DNA of 63,059 nucleotides, filler included, from Olpidium bornovanus S191 (GCA_017911155.1; 29 parts of 29 records of this genome joined end to end with filler, not necessarily neighbours in it), one strand, 5' to 3'. Counted from the whole stretch's first letter, positions 37,772 to 49,325 are shown. Program-made: numbers and translations. Notes: generated by a model not told the origin, from the letters alone.

Positions 37772-38300
37772 CTCGTCTTTCCCTGGTCAAAAGCCTGTAG
37801 TTCAGTGTCCCTCGGTCGTATCCGATGAGGGCACACTCCTCCGACTTCTCGTCTAATTTCTGTCGGAGGGCCTTCGGAATGTGAGCCCAGGCGGAGCATC
37901 CCAGCACCTTCACATGGGAAAAATCCGGCTTTATCCCAGTGAGCTTCTCTATGGGGGTCTTTCCTTCCTGGCTTGGTGTTCAGTTCCGAAGGTGAACCAC
38001 AGCTCTTGCCACTTCTGCCCAAGCTTCTCGGGGCAGGCCTGAGTGCGCCAGGATAGTGCGCACACCCTCCATCACCGTCCGGTTAAATCGTTCGGCCGGT
38101 GCATTCTGCAGAGGTGTGTGACAGGCTGTCACCTCCTGCAGAATTCCTTCTTCAGAGCACAGCGAGTCCATCTTCTTGATGACAAACTCGCCGCCGCCAT
38201 CTGTTCTGAAGGATTTGATTTTCCTTCCTGTGAGCTTGGACATCAGGCGAAGGTACTCCTTTGTCTTGTCGACTGCTTCCGACTTCTTGGCGCCGGGGAG
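37772..38300 (-). mobile_element. Ty1/copia integrase fragment
   Basis: KSEAVDK...KIKSFRTDGGGEFV...TPLQNAPAERFNRTVME...HLRN*...KVLGCSAWAHIPK..RQKLDEKSEECALIGY. Confidence 0.95.
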
Positions 38301-38800
38301 CCGAAGCGCGATGGCGGCGACGGCGAAGGCGAGCCGAAGCGCAGGTGCGCGGCGACGGCGTAGGCGAGCCGAAGCGCAGTGGCGGCGACGGCGGCGATGG
38401 CGGCAACGGCAAAGCGCGAGGCGCGGCGACGGCGAAGCGCGGGGCCGAAGCGCGATGGCGGCGACGGCGAAGCGCGTGGCGGCGAAGCGGTGAAACGCGG
38501 CGATGGCAGCAACGGCGAAACGCGAGGCGGTTTTTTTTTTTTTTTTGAGTTTTGGCGGAGGCAGAGCCGAAGCGCGGGTGCGGCGACGGCGTAGGCGAGC
38601 CGAAGCGCAGTGGCGGCGACGGCGAAGGCGAGCCGAAGCGCAGGTGCGCGGTGACGACGTAGGTGGAGGCCGAGGATGGCTGCACGGAGGATGGCTGCGC
38701 GGAGGATGGTTGCGCGGCGATAGCGAAGGGCGGAGCCGAAGCGCGATGGCGGCGACGGCGGGACCGAAGCGCGAGTGCGGCGACGGCGGGAGGCGGTCGG
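38300..38800. repeat. GC-rich minisatellite abutting the copia integrase
   Basis: Recurrent ggcggcgacggcg(a/t)aggcgagccgaagcgc units; a block of about 85 bp is duplicated near 38307 and 38570. Confidence 0.8.
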
Positions 38801-39179
38801 TCAGCGGAGCCTTGGGCTCATAACCTGTTGGTTGTTGCGCCCGTTTATTGTGTTTGTGTTGTATGGGTAGGGAAGCGGAGAGACAGACGGACGGGGAGAA
38901 GGAAGGAAGGCTATCTACGTAAGGCTTGAACACTCAGGGGGTCTGGAAACACGTTACGGCTTGAATACCAACACCTTCTTTGGTTACCTGGTAGCCCTTC
39001 CGTGCGCTCCTCAGGGGTATCCAGACAACTTCCCGAAAGGTGCGTGCCCCCTGCCTGCTTTCAGCCAGGGGGGTTGTTATGGTTTTCGGCGGTGTTACCT
39101 GGTGGCCACAAAATGCCACTTGGTGCCGCTTCCGCGCAACCCCTCACGGTAAGGCCCGAATTCAACACGAGACACGTAC

Positions 39180-39280
39180 CCTTTTGCACTCAGACTGCGT
39201 AAAGCAATCAATTAGTGACGATATCTCTTCCTCGGAATAATTGTTTAGGGTAAAGCACCAAGCCCTGGAACGGGGTTGTG
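39180..39280 (-). mobile_element. CRESS-DNA virus Rep (HUH endonuclease) motif-I segment, exon-like
   Basis: QPRSRAWCFTLNNYSEEEISSLIDCFTQSECKR; preceded by ctacAG (39282-39281) and followed by GTACGT (39179). Confidence 0.72.
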
Positions 39281-39682
39281 CTGTAGAACGGCCTTCGAAA
39301 CCACCCGTAGACCGAGGCAACGGAAGGCGGGCGGCGGGCGAAGAGCGGGGGCGAAGGGCGCAGGACAAAGGGCGAGAGGCGGTCGAAGAGTGGAGGCGGC
39401 GGGATCAAGGGCAGGACGGCCCCCGAACCCGGGGGCCGACCAATAGAATAGCCCCCTCCTCGAAGCCTGCCAATCGAAGAGCGCTTCCCCCTTCCCCCTC
39501 GAAGCCCGCCAATCGAAGAGCTTCCCCCCTTGTCCCCTTCCCCCCCCCCAGCGCTGCACGAGGGAGCCCCCCGCCAACCAGANNNNNNNNNNNNNNNNNN
39601 NNNNNNNNNNNNNNNNNNNNNNNNNNTTAATTAATTAANNNNNNNNNNNNNNNNNNNNNNNNNNNNNNNNNNNNNNNNNNNN

Positions 39683-39756
<74 letters not shown>

Positions 39757-39770
39757 AAGGAGGGGGGGGT

Positions 39771-39801
<31 letters not shown>

Positions 39802-39849
39802 GGGGCGACTTCCGACAGAGCGGGGACAGTCACCCGAGGTGGAACTCTT

Positions 39850-40121
39850 TCAGGTGGCGGCCGCCTGCGGCGCTTCGTCGCTGTCGGCGGCGGCGGTCTG
39901 GACGAAGGACGCGACGAGCGACCGGCACACGGGACAGTTGGTGCGGGACATCTTGGTGAAGCAAGAGCTGCAGACGCACTGGTGCCGGCAGGGCAGGATG
40001 ATGACGCTGCGCGGGTTCGCCAGGCAGACGGCGCAGTCCTCCGCCGTCAGGTTCTGTTTGGACTCGTCCGCTTCGGCGCCGAAGATGTCCTGCCTCCCAT
40101 CCCCGCACACACACGCGCACG

Positions 40122-40152
<31 letters not shown>

Positions 40153-40600
40153 TCCCCCCAACCGCGTCAGGAGTTTTTTTTTTTTTTCCCACGAAAACGT
40201 AGCGCGCGCACGCACGCACGCGGTCAGCCGAACCCCAGCAACGGTGGGAGGGGAGGAGCGGGGCAGGGGAACGCGCACCCGAAAATCCAAACATGGGTGG
40301 GTCGGGAGAGGATTCGGAGAGCCCAAAAAAAAAAAAAAAAAAAAAACCGTACCTCCATGGTAAAGCATCCGGAGGGGGGGATCGCCACGCGCTTGACGTT
40401 TTCCGGCGTGATCAGGAACGGCAGCTTCTGGGCCCACACCAAGGTGATCATGCGCACCAGCTCGCCTGACCCGTCCGGCTCGTCCGGGGAAGACACGATG
40501 ACCACGGCGTACCGGGGCTTGTCGGCGGAGGGCGGCTTGCGCAGCGCGGCGACCGCGGCGGCGTTGATGATGGAGACGTCGACCCGTTGCCCCAGCCCTT
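39850..40600 (-). CDS. C3HC4 RING E3 ligase (MGRN1/RNF157/LOG2-like C-terminus), 5'-partial; intron 40090-40352
   Basis: ME|DIFG...CAVCLANPRSVIILPCRHQCVCSSCFTKMSRTNCPVCRS. Confidence 0.88.
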
Positions 40601-40919
40601 GCGGAAGCGTGCTTTTTTATTTTTTATTGCCCGAATGCGGGGCGGGGGAAAAGGCCGGGTCAAGGGGAAAAAACTGTGATTTTTTTTTTCCGACAAAAAA
40701 AAAAATCAAAAAAAAACAATAAAAAAATCAAAACAAACAAAAAAAAACAAACCCGCCCCTCGGCGCGAAAAGTCCCGCGCGCCGCCAGAGTGTCGAAATT
40801 GCAAAGAGGATATGACATGNNNNNNNNNNNNNNNNNNNNNNNNNNNNNNNNNNNNNNNNNNNNTTAATTAATTAANNNNNNNNNNNNNNNNNNNNNNNNN
40901 NNNNNNNNNNNNNNNNNNN

Positions 40920-42340
40920 ACGATCGCTCGTGTATATTTCGGCTAGATGCGCTCCCCGACGCCGTAGGCGCTACCTGTTCAGCCGGTGTTGACCAGGTAG
41001 GCATCGACCTTGAACTAGGCAATTTTCCCGGCAAGCATGCTCGCGTACTTTACTGGGTGCCTGCTGATGGATTGAAATCCGGTGCGAGGTGCAATTTTTT
41101 TCTGTCCCCGTTTCCATTCGTTGCGTACTCGACATGCGTACCAGACCAAAAATCGTTGGCCGAAGCAAGGGGAAGAGGGGGGCGGTCGGCTCTGTAACAC
41201 TCTTGAGGGGAATCGTCGGGTTATTCAAGCCGCTTCGGACCATCGCAATGCAGGAAATTCAGTCGGTGGATACAACAGCAACTCCTCAGTGCCGGCAAAT
41301 CTTTGCGGTGCATCCAGATAAGAAGTGGTACATGGCCAAGGCCGAGGTGAGCTTGGGCACGGGTGGTAGGACGCCGAAAGCGTCGCAGGGGAGGAGAATG
41401 ATGTTCTTCGGGTGACCACTAAGGCAGGGCACCTTGGCATTGGGTATGTGCTCATTTGCGTAGGCGCACCTGTGCGTGGCCCGCGGACGGTAAATTTGCC
41501 TTAAAAAGAGGTACGTTAAACGCCAAGACACAGTGCAGGCACCTTCCGAGTGTTCTCTGTGATGCTTGAGTTGCTGTAGCTCGCACCGCGGGCGTCGTGG
41601 TCAAACACCACATTCTGAGTAACCGCGCTGAACCAAATCGAATTGAATATCCCGGGCTTCTTCTCTTCCGACAGGTCGACGATGCATTTGGCGTAAATAC
41701 CGCCCTCGATGTTAAAAACGCCCTTTTCAGACCAGCAGTGTCCATCGTCGCCAATCAGTTCGCGGCGTGGGCCCGCTGACAGGGTGGTTTTGCCTGTATC
41801 GCGAGATTCACCATGCCACATATAGCGGCTCTCCTCGACTGTCGCCCCTCACGCGCTTCACCAGTTCCGGGCAGGCCGAGGAACAGCGACACGCCGCTGT
41901 CTGGGCCCCCATTGGCCGATGAATGCAGTGAAAGCACTCCCTGCGAGGGCGGATAGAGGAGATTCATCGTTTTTTACGCGCGGGCAGCGGGAGGCACCAC
42001 GAATCACCGCCGAACAAAACGGCCCACAGCATCAGGTGGTGCATTACGGCGAAGATGCCTTTCTTCAATTCTCCGGCGTACTCCGTGCCGGGGAAGGCCA
42101 TCTCGTGCTTCCCGAGGTTGATGGAGACAGTGATGGCGGAACACATACCGACGGTGTACCGGTTGCAGGGAAGCTGTCCGCGTTGAAGGCAGTAAAGTCC
42201 GGGGCGCCGTTTGCGAGCTCCTCCTCCGTCGAGCGGATGAGCGCATCGCATACGAAGAGGGCATGGTCGCAGACGACGCGGACTTTAATGCGGTTATCCG
42301 TCGAACACGTACAGGCGCTGGGCCCTACCACATGTTGGCC
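40920..42340 (-). pseudogene. PCK1: ATP-dependent phosphoenolpyruvate carboxykinase pseudogene
   Basis: GTEYAGELKKG, GLPGTG|[29 protein letters not shown]. Three in-frame stops in ...KIA*FKVDAYLVNTG*TGSAYGVGERI*PKYTRAI and a frameshift near 42161 (FPA/NRYT). Confidence 0.9.
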
Positions 42341-42920
42341 ATGGAGGTCCCCCTCTTAGACGATGCGCTCGTCGAGCGGCGACCGGCCGGTTTTGACACC
42401 GGAGGAGGTGGTCGGCGCACCGGCAAGCGAACAATACGTCCCGGGCTCGTGGCGAAGCGCGTCCCTCGTAGAGGACGGCTTTTACAGACGCGTTACGGAG
42501 GGGCGGGCGGGGCGGAGCGACGGGCGGGGCGAACCGGCTTGCTGCGGTCGAACGCCCGCCTCGTGCGCAGCGCAGCTTGCTCGTGGACTTCCCGGCGTCG
42601 CGGGTGCGCGTGCGAGCGCGTCATTTGTTCGGCGGTTGGACGGGAGAGCGACGGGGGTCCGCAGGGGCCGCCGTGCTTTTTGTCTCTCTTTCTCGCCTTT
42701 TCCCCTTTCGCTCTGGAAGTGTGAAGTTTGCGGGCGTGGGGAAAAAGGAAGGTGCGCCGGTGGAGCGCGCGGGGGGGGAGGGAGGGTTGCGCGGGGGCGC
42801 GCGGAAAAGAAAAACACAAAAGGAAAAAAAAAAAAAAAAAAAATGCCGCGCGCGCTCGCGTTTCGCGAAACTTTTCGCGCCGCGCTGCCCGAGACGTAAG
42901 AAAAGGGAAGAGAAATTGAA

Positions 42921-42956
<36 letters not shown>

Positions 42957-43176
42957 AAAAAAAAAAAAAAAAAAATAAAAAAACCTGTTTCGCGGACCTG
43001 GGAGTGGGGGGGGGAAGGCCGAAAGGGAGGAAAAAAAAAACAAACAAAAAATACATAAAAACAAAAACAACAACAANNNNNNNNNNNNNNNNNNNNNNNN
43101 NNNNNNNNNNNNNNNNNNNNTTAATTAATTAANNNNNNNNNNNNNNNNNNNNNNNNNNNNNNNNNNNNNNNNNNNN

Positions 43177-44436
43177 CATGCACGGAAAGGCCAACGCCGC
43201 CGCCCACTGCAATAACGGAATCCATTGGGTGCCGAACGCTAAGCGCCACAAGCTAAGCGCGACACGAACAATCCCGGGCAGACAGTCCTAGCTCGGAGGA
43301 CATTCGAAACGTACTGGTAATCCCGTCTAGGATGGCCACATACGGCTTGGAAAGAGTGGCGATCAGGTGGTTCAACTGGTACTCCTCTTCAAAGAACTTG
43401 AGCGCTTCGACCTCTCGTCCGTCCTTTGCCAACGCCACCACGGCTGCCGCGGCCGCAAAGCGTAAGTTGACTCGCGGCAATGCAAGACGGTACCGCACGC
43501 GCGTCCGGAACCCGCCAAATTTTTTTTTTCCGTACTCTTGACGTCGCCTCCTGCACAGAACGCCCGCGGAGAGCTCGAGGAGGTCATGATGACAATCTTG
43601 CACAAGCTCGACGCGTCCCACACCTTTCGTAACCGCCGCCGTGGTGTGCGTCAGGCTTGCGTCAGGACACGAACGACGGCGACGCTTGGGCCGGCACCGT
43701 GCCACAGGCAACAAGCGGTTTCCCCCACGCTCCCACTCCCACTTCCCCCCTCCGGAGTGCGCGGACGCACCTTCAGCTGGGAAGTGATACTTCTGATCAT
43801 CTCCAGAGACAGGGCGTTCAGCGCCTTCGGCCTGTTCAGCACGAGGGTCCGGCCACCAAAGTTTTTTCTGTGCAGTATCGTCGCATTGTCGGTCGCTGGC
43901 GGGGGACAGGCGAACTTCCAACAACGCGAAAACGGGCACGTCAGCGCCACTCGGTCCGGACAAAACCCGGCCCGGGCGACCTCGCGCTCGCTGCCGCTTC
44001 ACTCTTTTTACCACGGCGGCCGCACGGCGCCGCGATCAAGGGTTCGCCGGAACGAGCGGGTCCGCTTCCCTCCTCCTCCCTCCCTCCCATTTCACCCCAC
44101 CTCGCGCTTGTTCTCTGCGGCCATGACGGGTGCCGGGTGGTACGGTCTGGTTGCCAGACCGAGGTTAAGCAGGCGGCGGCGGGCTGCGTCGGCGGAGGAG
44201 GGCGACGCCCGCGCGACAGGAGCGCCGGCAGGGCGCGCGCGGGCGCGGGGGGTGGTATCGGACAAGGGCATCGACGACGCGCGGACGGAGGCCCGCCGGG
44301 ACGCGGCGGCCGCGGTCGCCGCCGCCGCAGCCGGGGCGCGGGCGAGGGCGGCTGCGGCTGCGGCGGCTGCGGCTGCGGCGGCGGCGGGGACGGCAAACGG
44401 CGGGGCGGCGGACGCGGCCCTTGCGAGAGCGGGCAT
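43177..44436 (-). CDS. EHD3: Mitochondrial 3-hydroxyisobutyryl-CoA hydrolase, 3'-partial, multi-exon
   Basis: Ala/Arg-rich presequence; LVLNRPKALNALSLEMI, RAFCAGGDVK, FFEEEYQLNHLIATLSKPYVAILDGIT|MGGGVGLSVH. Confidence 0.93.
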
Positions 44437-45200
44437 TTCCTCTGCGGGCGGGCTTTCGGGGCTGGAGAAAAAGGCGGGGCTGGAGAAAAAAGGCGGGGCT
44501 GGAGATAAAAGGCGGGGCGAGCAGAAAAGCGGCGGGCGGTTTCCTCCCGGTCGGGGTATGGGGGAAAGGGAGCAGACGCAGGCACGTGCCAGTCACGTGA
44601 TATTTCGACCTCGTGAACCGGTCGCCTGGCCGGCACGATCGGCTTGATCCCGTAGTCCCCCCCCCCCTCCACTTTTTTTTTTTTTTGTTTTGCCCTCCTC
44701 CTTCCCTTTTCGTTCTCGTCCGCTCTTTCCCGGCGTGTCACTCGTCTGTCTCGTCTCTCTCGTCTGTCTCGTCTCTCTCGTCTCTCTCTCTCTCTCTCTC
44801 TCGCGCTTCTCTCTCTACTTCTTCCACCCCGGGCCCCCCCGCGCATTTCGCCTCAACGTAGCAGAAGCTTTCTTTTTTTTTTTTTTTTGTTTTTTTTTTT
44901 TCTTCTTCTCTTACGGGCGGGAAAAATTCCGTCCCGGCTTCGCCGCGTGCCCGTTTTTGGTTTGTTTGTTTTGTTTTGCCCTCAATTTCATTTGGCCGCG
45001 CGCGGGGGGGGGGCGGAGGGAAACACAAACCCCCCGGAAAATTTCCGCCGGGGATCCCCCCCCCCTTCGGCCCCCCCCCCCCCCCCCCCCCCCCCTTCCC
45101 TCGCCTTCCCGCGCGCCGACTTCTCTCAACCGCCCCCCCACCTCTCGCGCACACCCCAACTCTCCCTTAATATTTTGTTCACAGCACTCGAAATCCCGGC

Positions 45201-47669
45201 ATGCTGCCGGATCAGAAGGTCGATTTCGGGAGCCTGCGGAACCGCCTCGCGCAGTTCGAAACCCCGCCGCCGCCCGCCAACAGGCCCGCCGCCGCCGCCG
45301 CGAGGCGGGCCCCCGCAAAGCTCTTCCCCGGCAACCACGACGACCCGCCGCAGAACGCTTCCGCGGCCGCCGCCGCCGCCCCCGCGAAGCGCCAGGTGCA
45401 GCTCCCCGACGTCGCCAGCCTCCTCTCGAAGCCCCCCCCCGGGAAGCTGCTCTACATGCGCCCCGACCACGCCGCGCCCTCCGTTTCGCCGCCCGCCGGG
45501 GCCCAGTCCGAATCGGCGCCGCCTCCTCAGCAGCAGCAGAACCAGCACCGGCACCAGCACTATCACCAGCACCAGCAGCAGGAAACGCTGCCCGCAAAAG
45601 GGAGGCGCTCCCTGTCCGCGCAGTCCTTGGGTCAGCAGCCGCACGACGCCGACGCCGGCGACCGCGACTGCGGACCGCGAGAATGCGAACGGAGCGCGGA
45701 GGAAGATGCCGCCGGCGCAGGTAGCCCGCGGGCGAGCGAGGGAGAGGTCGCCGGGTCGGCCGGCGGCGAACCGGCTGTTGAACGGCGGGAGGAGGTTCCG
45801 GAAGCGGCGACCGCGTCCCCGGCGGCGGCCGTGAGCACGCCGGCGTCCGCCGCGCCGCGAGGCGCCGCGGATCTCGGGGAGGACCAGGGCTCTGATTACG
45901 GCGACCGTCCGAATGTAGACGAACCGATGTCCTTTCCCGATGTACCAAAGGCGCCTTCCTGCATATCAAATACGTCGCCTGATGAACCGAAGCCTCCCCG
46001 CGATCTACAAGATGCGTTTCCCGGTGAACTAACAACGGCTCCCGACACACCGACGGTTTCACTGGGTGAGCCAACGGCGTCTCCTGCCCAGCCAACACCG
46101 TCTCCCGGTGAACCGACGCCCTCTCGCGGTGAACCGACGCCCTCTCCCGGTGAACCGACGCCATCTCCCGGTGAACCGACGGCGTCTGCCGGTGGATCAT
46201 CCGCGTCTCCCGACCAACCAACGGCGTCTCCCGATCTCGCAGGGTCAACCGACGGGTCTGCTGAACCACCCGACGTACCAAAGGCGTCTTTCTTCGTACC
46301 AGACACGTCGCCAGATGAACAGAAAGCCTCCGGCGACCTACAGGATGTGTTTTCTGGTGAACCAATAACGACACCTGACCCACCGACAGCGTCTCTGGGT
46401 GAACCAACGGCGTCTCCCGGTGAACCGACGCCCTCTTCCGGTGAACCGTCGCCCTCTCCCGGTGAACCGACGCCCTCTTCCGGTGAACCGACGCCCTCTC
46501 CCGGTGAACCGACGCCCTCTCCCGGTGAACCGACGCCCTCTCCCGGTGAACAGACGCCCTCTCCCGGTGAACCGACGCCCTCTCCCGGTGATCAGACGCC
46601 CTCTCCCGGTGAACCGATGCCCTCTCCCGGTGATCAGACGCCCTCTCCCGGTGAACCGACGCCCTCTCCCGGTGAACCAACGGCATCTCCCGGTGGATTA
46701 ACCGAATCACCCAACCCAACAACGGCAACTCCCGGTGGACTAACCGCATCTCCCAACCCACCAACGGCATCTCCTGATCTACCAATGGCGACTTCCGACC
46801 AACCAACGGCTTCTTCCGATCTACCGAAGGCGTCTCCCGATCTGGCAGGATCAACCGACGGGTCGGCTGAACCACCTGGACATTCCGGAAACCCCGACGC
46901 GGCGGCCGTGAAGGCGGACGAGAAAACGACCGAACCCGCGGCCGCTGCCTCGGACTTGGACCATGCCACGCTGCTGGCCCAGATCGAGGCAATGAACAGC
47001 AAGCTGGAGGAGGACGTCAGGGCCCCCACGCCCGGGCCGCAGGCCAAAGGCGCCGCCGGCCCGGCGTGGAGGGCCCCTTCGTCGCCGGAGCCCTCCCGGA
47101 AGCCGACGGGGGCGGCGGCGGCGGCGGCGGCGGCACCGGCGGGTTTGGCGTCCGACTCAGCGGCCGCCTCCCCGAAGCCGGCGCTGAAACGCTGGACCGT
47201 GGCCTTGTTCTTCTCTCGGTCCGGCGAGGCCGCGGAGGACGCCGCCGGCGCCGGGACGGCCCCCGAGTTCGTCGCGCGGCTCCGCGACCTCGACGAGTCG
47301 CGGCGGGCGCTGCGGGCGTCGCTGGCGGACGCCGAGGCGGAGGACGTGGTGATCGCGAACGACCTGGTGTCGACGCGGCTCGCGCTGGCGCGGCAGCGCG
47401 ACCTGAACGAGGCGCTCGCGAAGCAGTGCTCCGACCTCAAGAACATGATCGACGGCGGGGGCGCCGCGGGCATGGTCGACGGCTTGATCTCGTCCCTGGA
47501 GAAGCGCATCGCCGCCCTCGGCAGGAGGGCCGACGCCGCGGACACGGCCGACGGCGCCCTGCGGGAGGAGCTCGCCGCCGCGGAGGCGGCGCTGCGCGCC
47601 AGCGCGGCGGAGCGCGCCGAGTGGGAGCGGAGGTGCGAGGAAGCGGCGGCGGCCGCCGCCGGGAAGTGA
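45201..47669 (+). CDS. 822-aa Pro/Ser/Thr-rich protein with GEPTPSP heptad arrays and a C-terminal coiled coil (5' end uncertain)
   Basis: Uninterrupted ORF; 21-bp units give 6 heptads (46065-46190) and 14 heptads (46398-46691); Ala/Glu/Leu coiled-coil tail with G/C-ending codons. Confidence 0.8.
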   Translation: MLPDQKVDFGSLRNRLAQFETPPPPANRPAAAAARRAPAKLFPGNHDDPPQNASAAAAAAPAKRQVQLPDVASLLSKPPPGKLLYMRPDHAAPSVSPPAGAQSESAPPPQQQQNQHRHQHYHQHQQQETLPAKGRRSLSAQSLGQQPHDADAGDRDCGPRECERSAEEDAAGAGSPRASEGEVAGSAGGEPAVERREEVPEAATASPAAAVSTPASAAPRGAADLGEDQGSDYGDRPNVDEPMSFPDVPKAPSCISNTSPDEPKPPRDLQDAFPGELTTAPDTPTVSLGEPTASPAQPTPSPGEPTPSRGEPTPSPGEPTPSPGEPTASAGGSSASPDQPTASPDLAGSTDGSAEPPDVPKASFFVPDTSPDEQKASGDLQDVFSGEPITTPDPPTASLGEPTASPGEPTPSSGEPSPSPGEPTPSSGEPTPSPGEPTPSPGEPTPSPGEQTPSPGEPTPSPGDQTPSPGEPMPSPGDQTPSPGEPTPSPGEPTASPGGLTESPNPTTATPGGLTASPNPPTASPDLPMATSDQPTASSDLPKASPDLAGSTDGSAEPPGHSGNPDAAAVKADEKTTEPAAAASDLDHATLLAQIEAMNSKLEEDVRAPTPGPQAKGAAGPAWRAPSSPEPSRKPTGAAAAAAAAPAGLASDSAAASPKPALKRWTVALFFSRSGEAAEDAAGAGTAPEFVARLRDLDESRRALRASLADAEAEDVVIANDLVSTRLALARQRDLNEALAKQCSDLKNMIDGGGAAGMVDGLISSLEKRIAALGRRADAADTADGALREELAAAEAALRASAAERAEWERRCEEAAAAAAGK
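46398..46691 (+). repeat. 21-bp coding tandem repeat x14
   Basis: ggtgaaccgacgccctctccc consensus. Confidence 0.97.
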
Positions 47670-47990
47670 GAAAGAGAGAGAGAAGAAGAATAAGGGGCGC
47701 GTGTTGGTTCGCGATGGCGGTGGCGAGGGGGCCGGCGGCCCGGAAACGGCACGTGCGTGCACGTGCACACATGTATTCTCCGTATTTAATATATGTCCGA
47801 GCCGTATGCAAGTCCTGTTTAGTGTCATTCACAAGGCGATCCCGCCGTCGCTCTTCTCGGGAGAAAACACGGCCGGAGAGTGAGAGAGAGNNNNNNNNNN
47901 NNNNNNNNNNNNNNNNNNNNNNNNNNNNNNNNNNTTAATTAATTAANNNNNNNNNNNNNNNNNNNNNNNNNNNNNNNNNNNNNNNNNNNN

Positions 47991-49291
47991 CATGGGGACG
48001 CCCCGCCCGTGCAGAAATGCGCCCGCGATGAGGTTTCTGGAGTCTCGCTTACCAAGCGCCTACGAGGTGGATGGTGAGAGCCGGATCCCACTCCGTGCCT
48101 GCCCGCCGCAACGCCCCCTGGAGCCAAGTATGAGGAGCAGATTTTTGAATTAGGGCCTGAACAAACAAACCAAAACACCACCAATTGCAAGAAATACACG
48201 GTTACTTCAATCGCTTCGACTTCTGCAGGTGGCAATTCTTGCGAAAATTCATTGACGGCTGGCAAGGAGTACGTTTGAAGTTGAAATCATCCGCTGAACT
48301 GCAAAAAGAAGGCAACGAGAATGTGCGCGATTTACCGGCGAGACCAAGCTTTTGTCTCTCATCGAGCATTGGTTCAAAGTTTTTGAGGTCCGCAAGCGAC
48401 TTCACGCCACCGTCCACGAATTCCTCTGCTTGTTCTTGAGACATACCGCTGACTTTCTTCAGCTCTTCTACGGCTGGAAACGCCGGGCGTCTTAGCGGCC
48501 GAAGTTATAATCTGCTAACGGACTCAAAGGCCTTGGGAAGCATCGAGCACCTTCCACCCGTTCGGGTGCCAACGCGTGCAGCTTCCCCGTGGAAATGATC
48601 TCGTTGATTTTATTTGCCCTGCGTTGTAATCAGCACGCGTTGGCGCCGCTGGTTCACCCTCCTGCAAAAAGACGGCGACTGCCTGAACCTTACAGGCTCC
48701 GACCTATCCCTTTTAACTTTTCCGCTTCCGCGCCGGACTGGACCGGATGCGCATGCTGTTCCAAGGCTGCGATGCTTTCGCAAACAGAAAGCCAGTGACA
48801 TCCGGACGGACGGATAGACGCCGTCAGCTTCAGGGGCCCTCGCTCTCGCACACCAGCGAACAGAGCGGTCGACTCACGCCCTGGAGCAGGCTATGACCCT
48901 GTATATCAGCGCCCCGTGGTTTTCCAGGTATCTTTTATACTCTGAACCGAGTGTCCGGGGGCAAGCGGCGGCGAAAGCGGGGTCCCCCGCAGGACTTCGA
49001 TCAGGAGTCGCGGCGGCGCACAAGCACGCAGGCTTCTCACGCGAAGGCCGGCTTTTCGGAGTTACCTGCTAAGTGCTTGGTGATGGCCGCGTTCGGACTG
49101 CGGGGGCCATGCGGCTTGTGCGAGGCATGCTGCTGCTGCCGGCTGCGCGCGGTGGTCGCGAGCGCACGCGGCAACGGCGCCGGGCGCAGAGCGCAGGCGG
49201 CCGCGGCGCGCCGTTCGCGGACCGCGCCGGACCCCAAGGGCGAAGCGTCCAGCAGAAGCGCCCTGCGGAGAGCCGCCATTTTTATTTTATA

Positions 49292-49325
<34 letters not shown>

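Noticed and set aside
40920-41020. Stop-codon recoding as an explanation for the PEPCK in-frame stops
   Set aside because: TGA, TAG and TAA terminate normal genes here (tubulin, APE4, KCH1, RBX1), and PEPCK also has a frameshift and many damaging substitutions.
46398-46691. RNA polymerase II CTD-like heptads
   Set aside because: The consensus is GEPTPSP, with no Tyr1 and no YSPTSPS, and no RPB1 domains are present.
44911-46992. 693-aa antisense ORF with VHRERAS repeats
   Set aside because: Shadow of the stop-free 21-bp repeat and GC-rich coding sequence on the plus strand.
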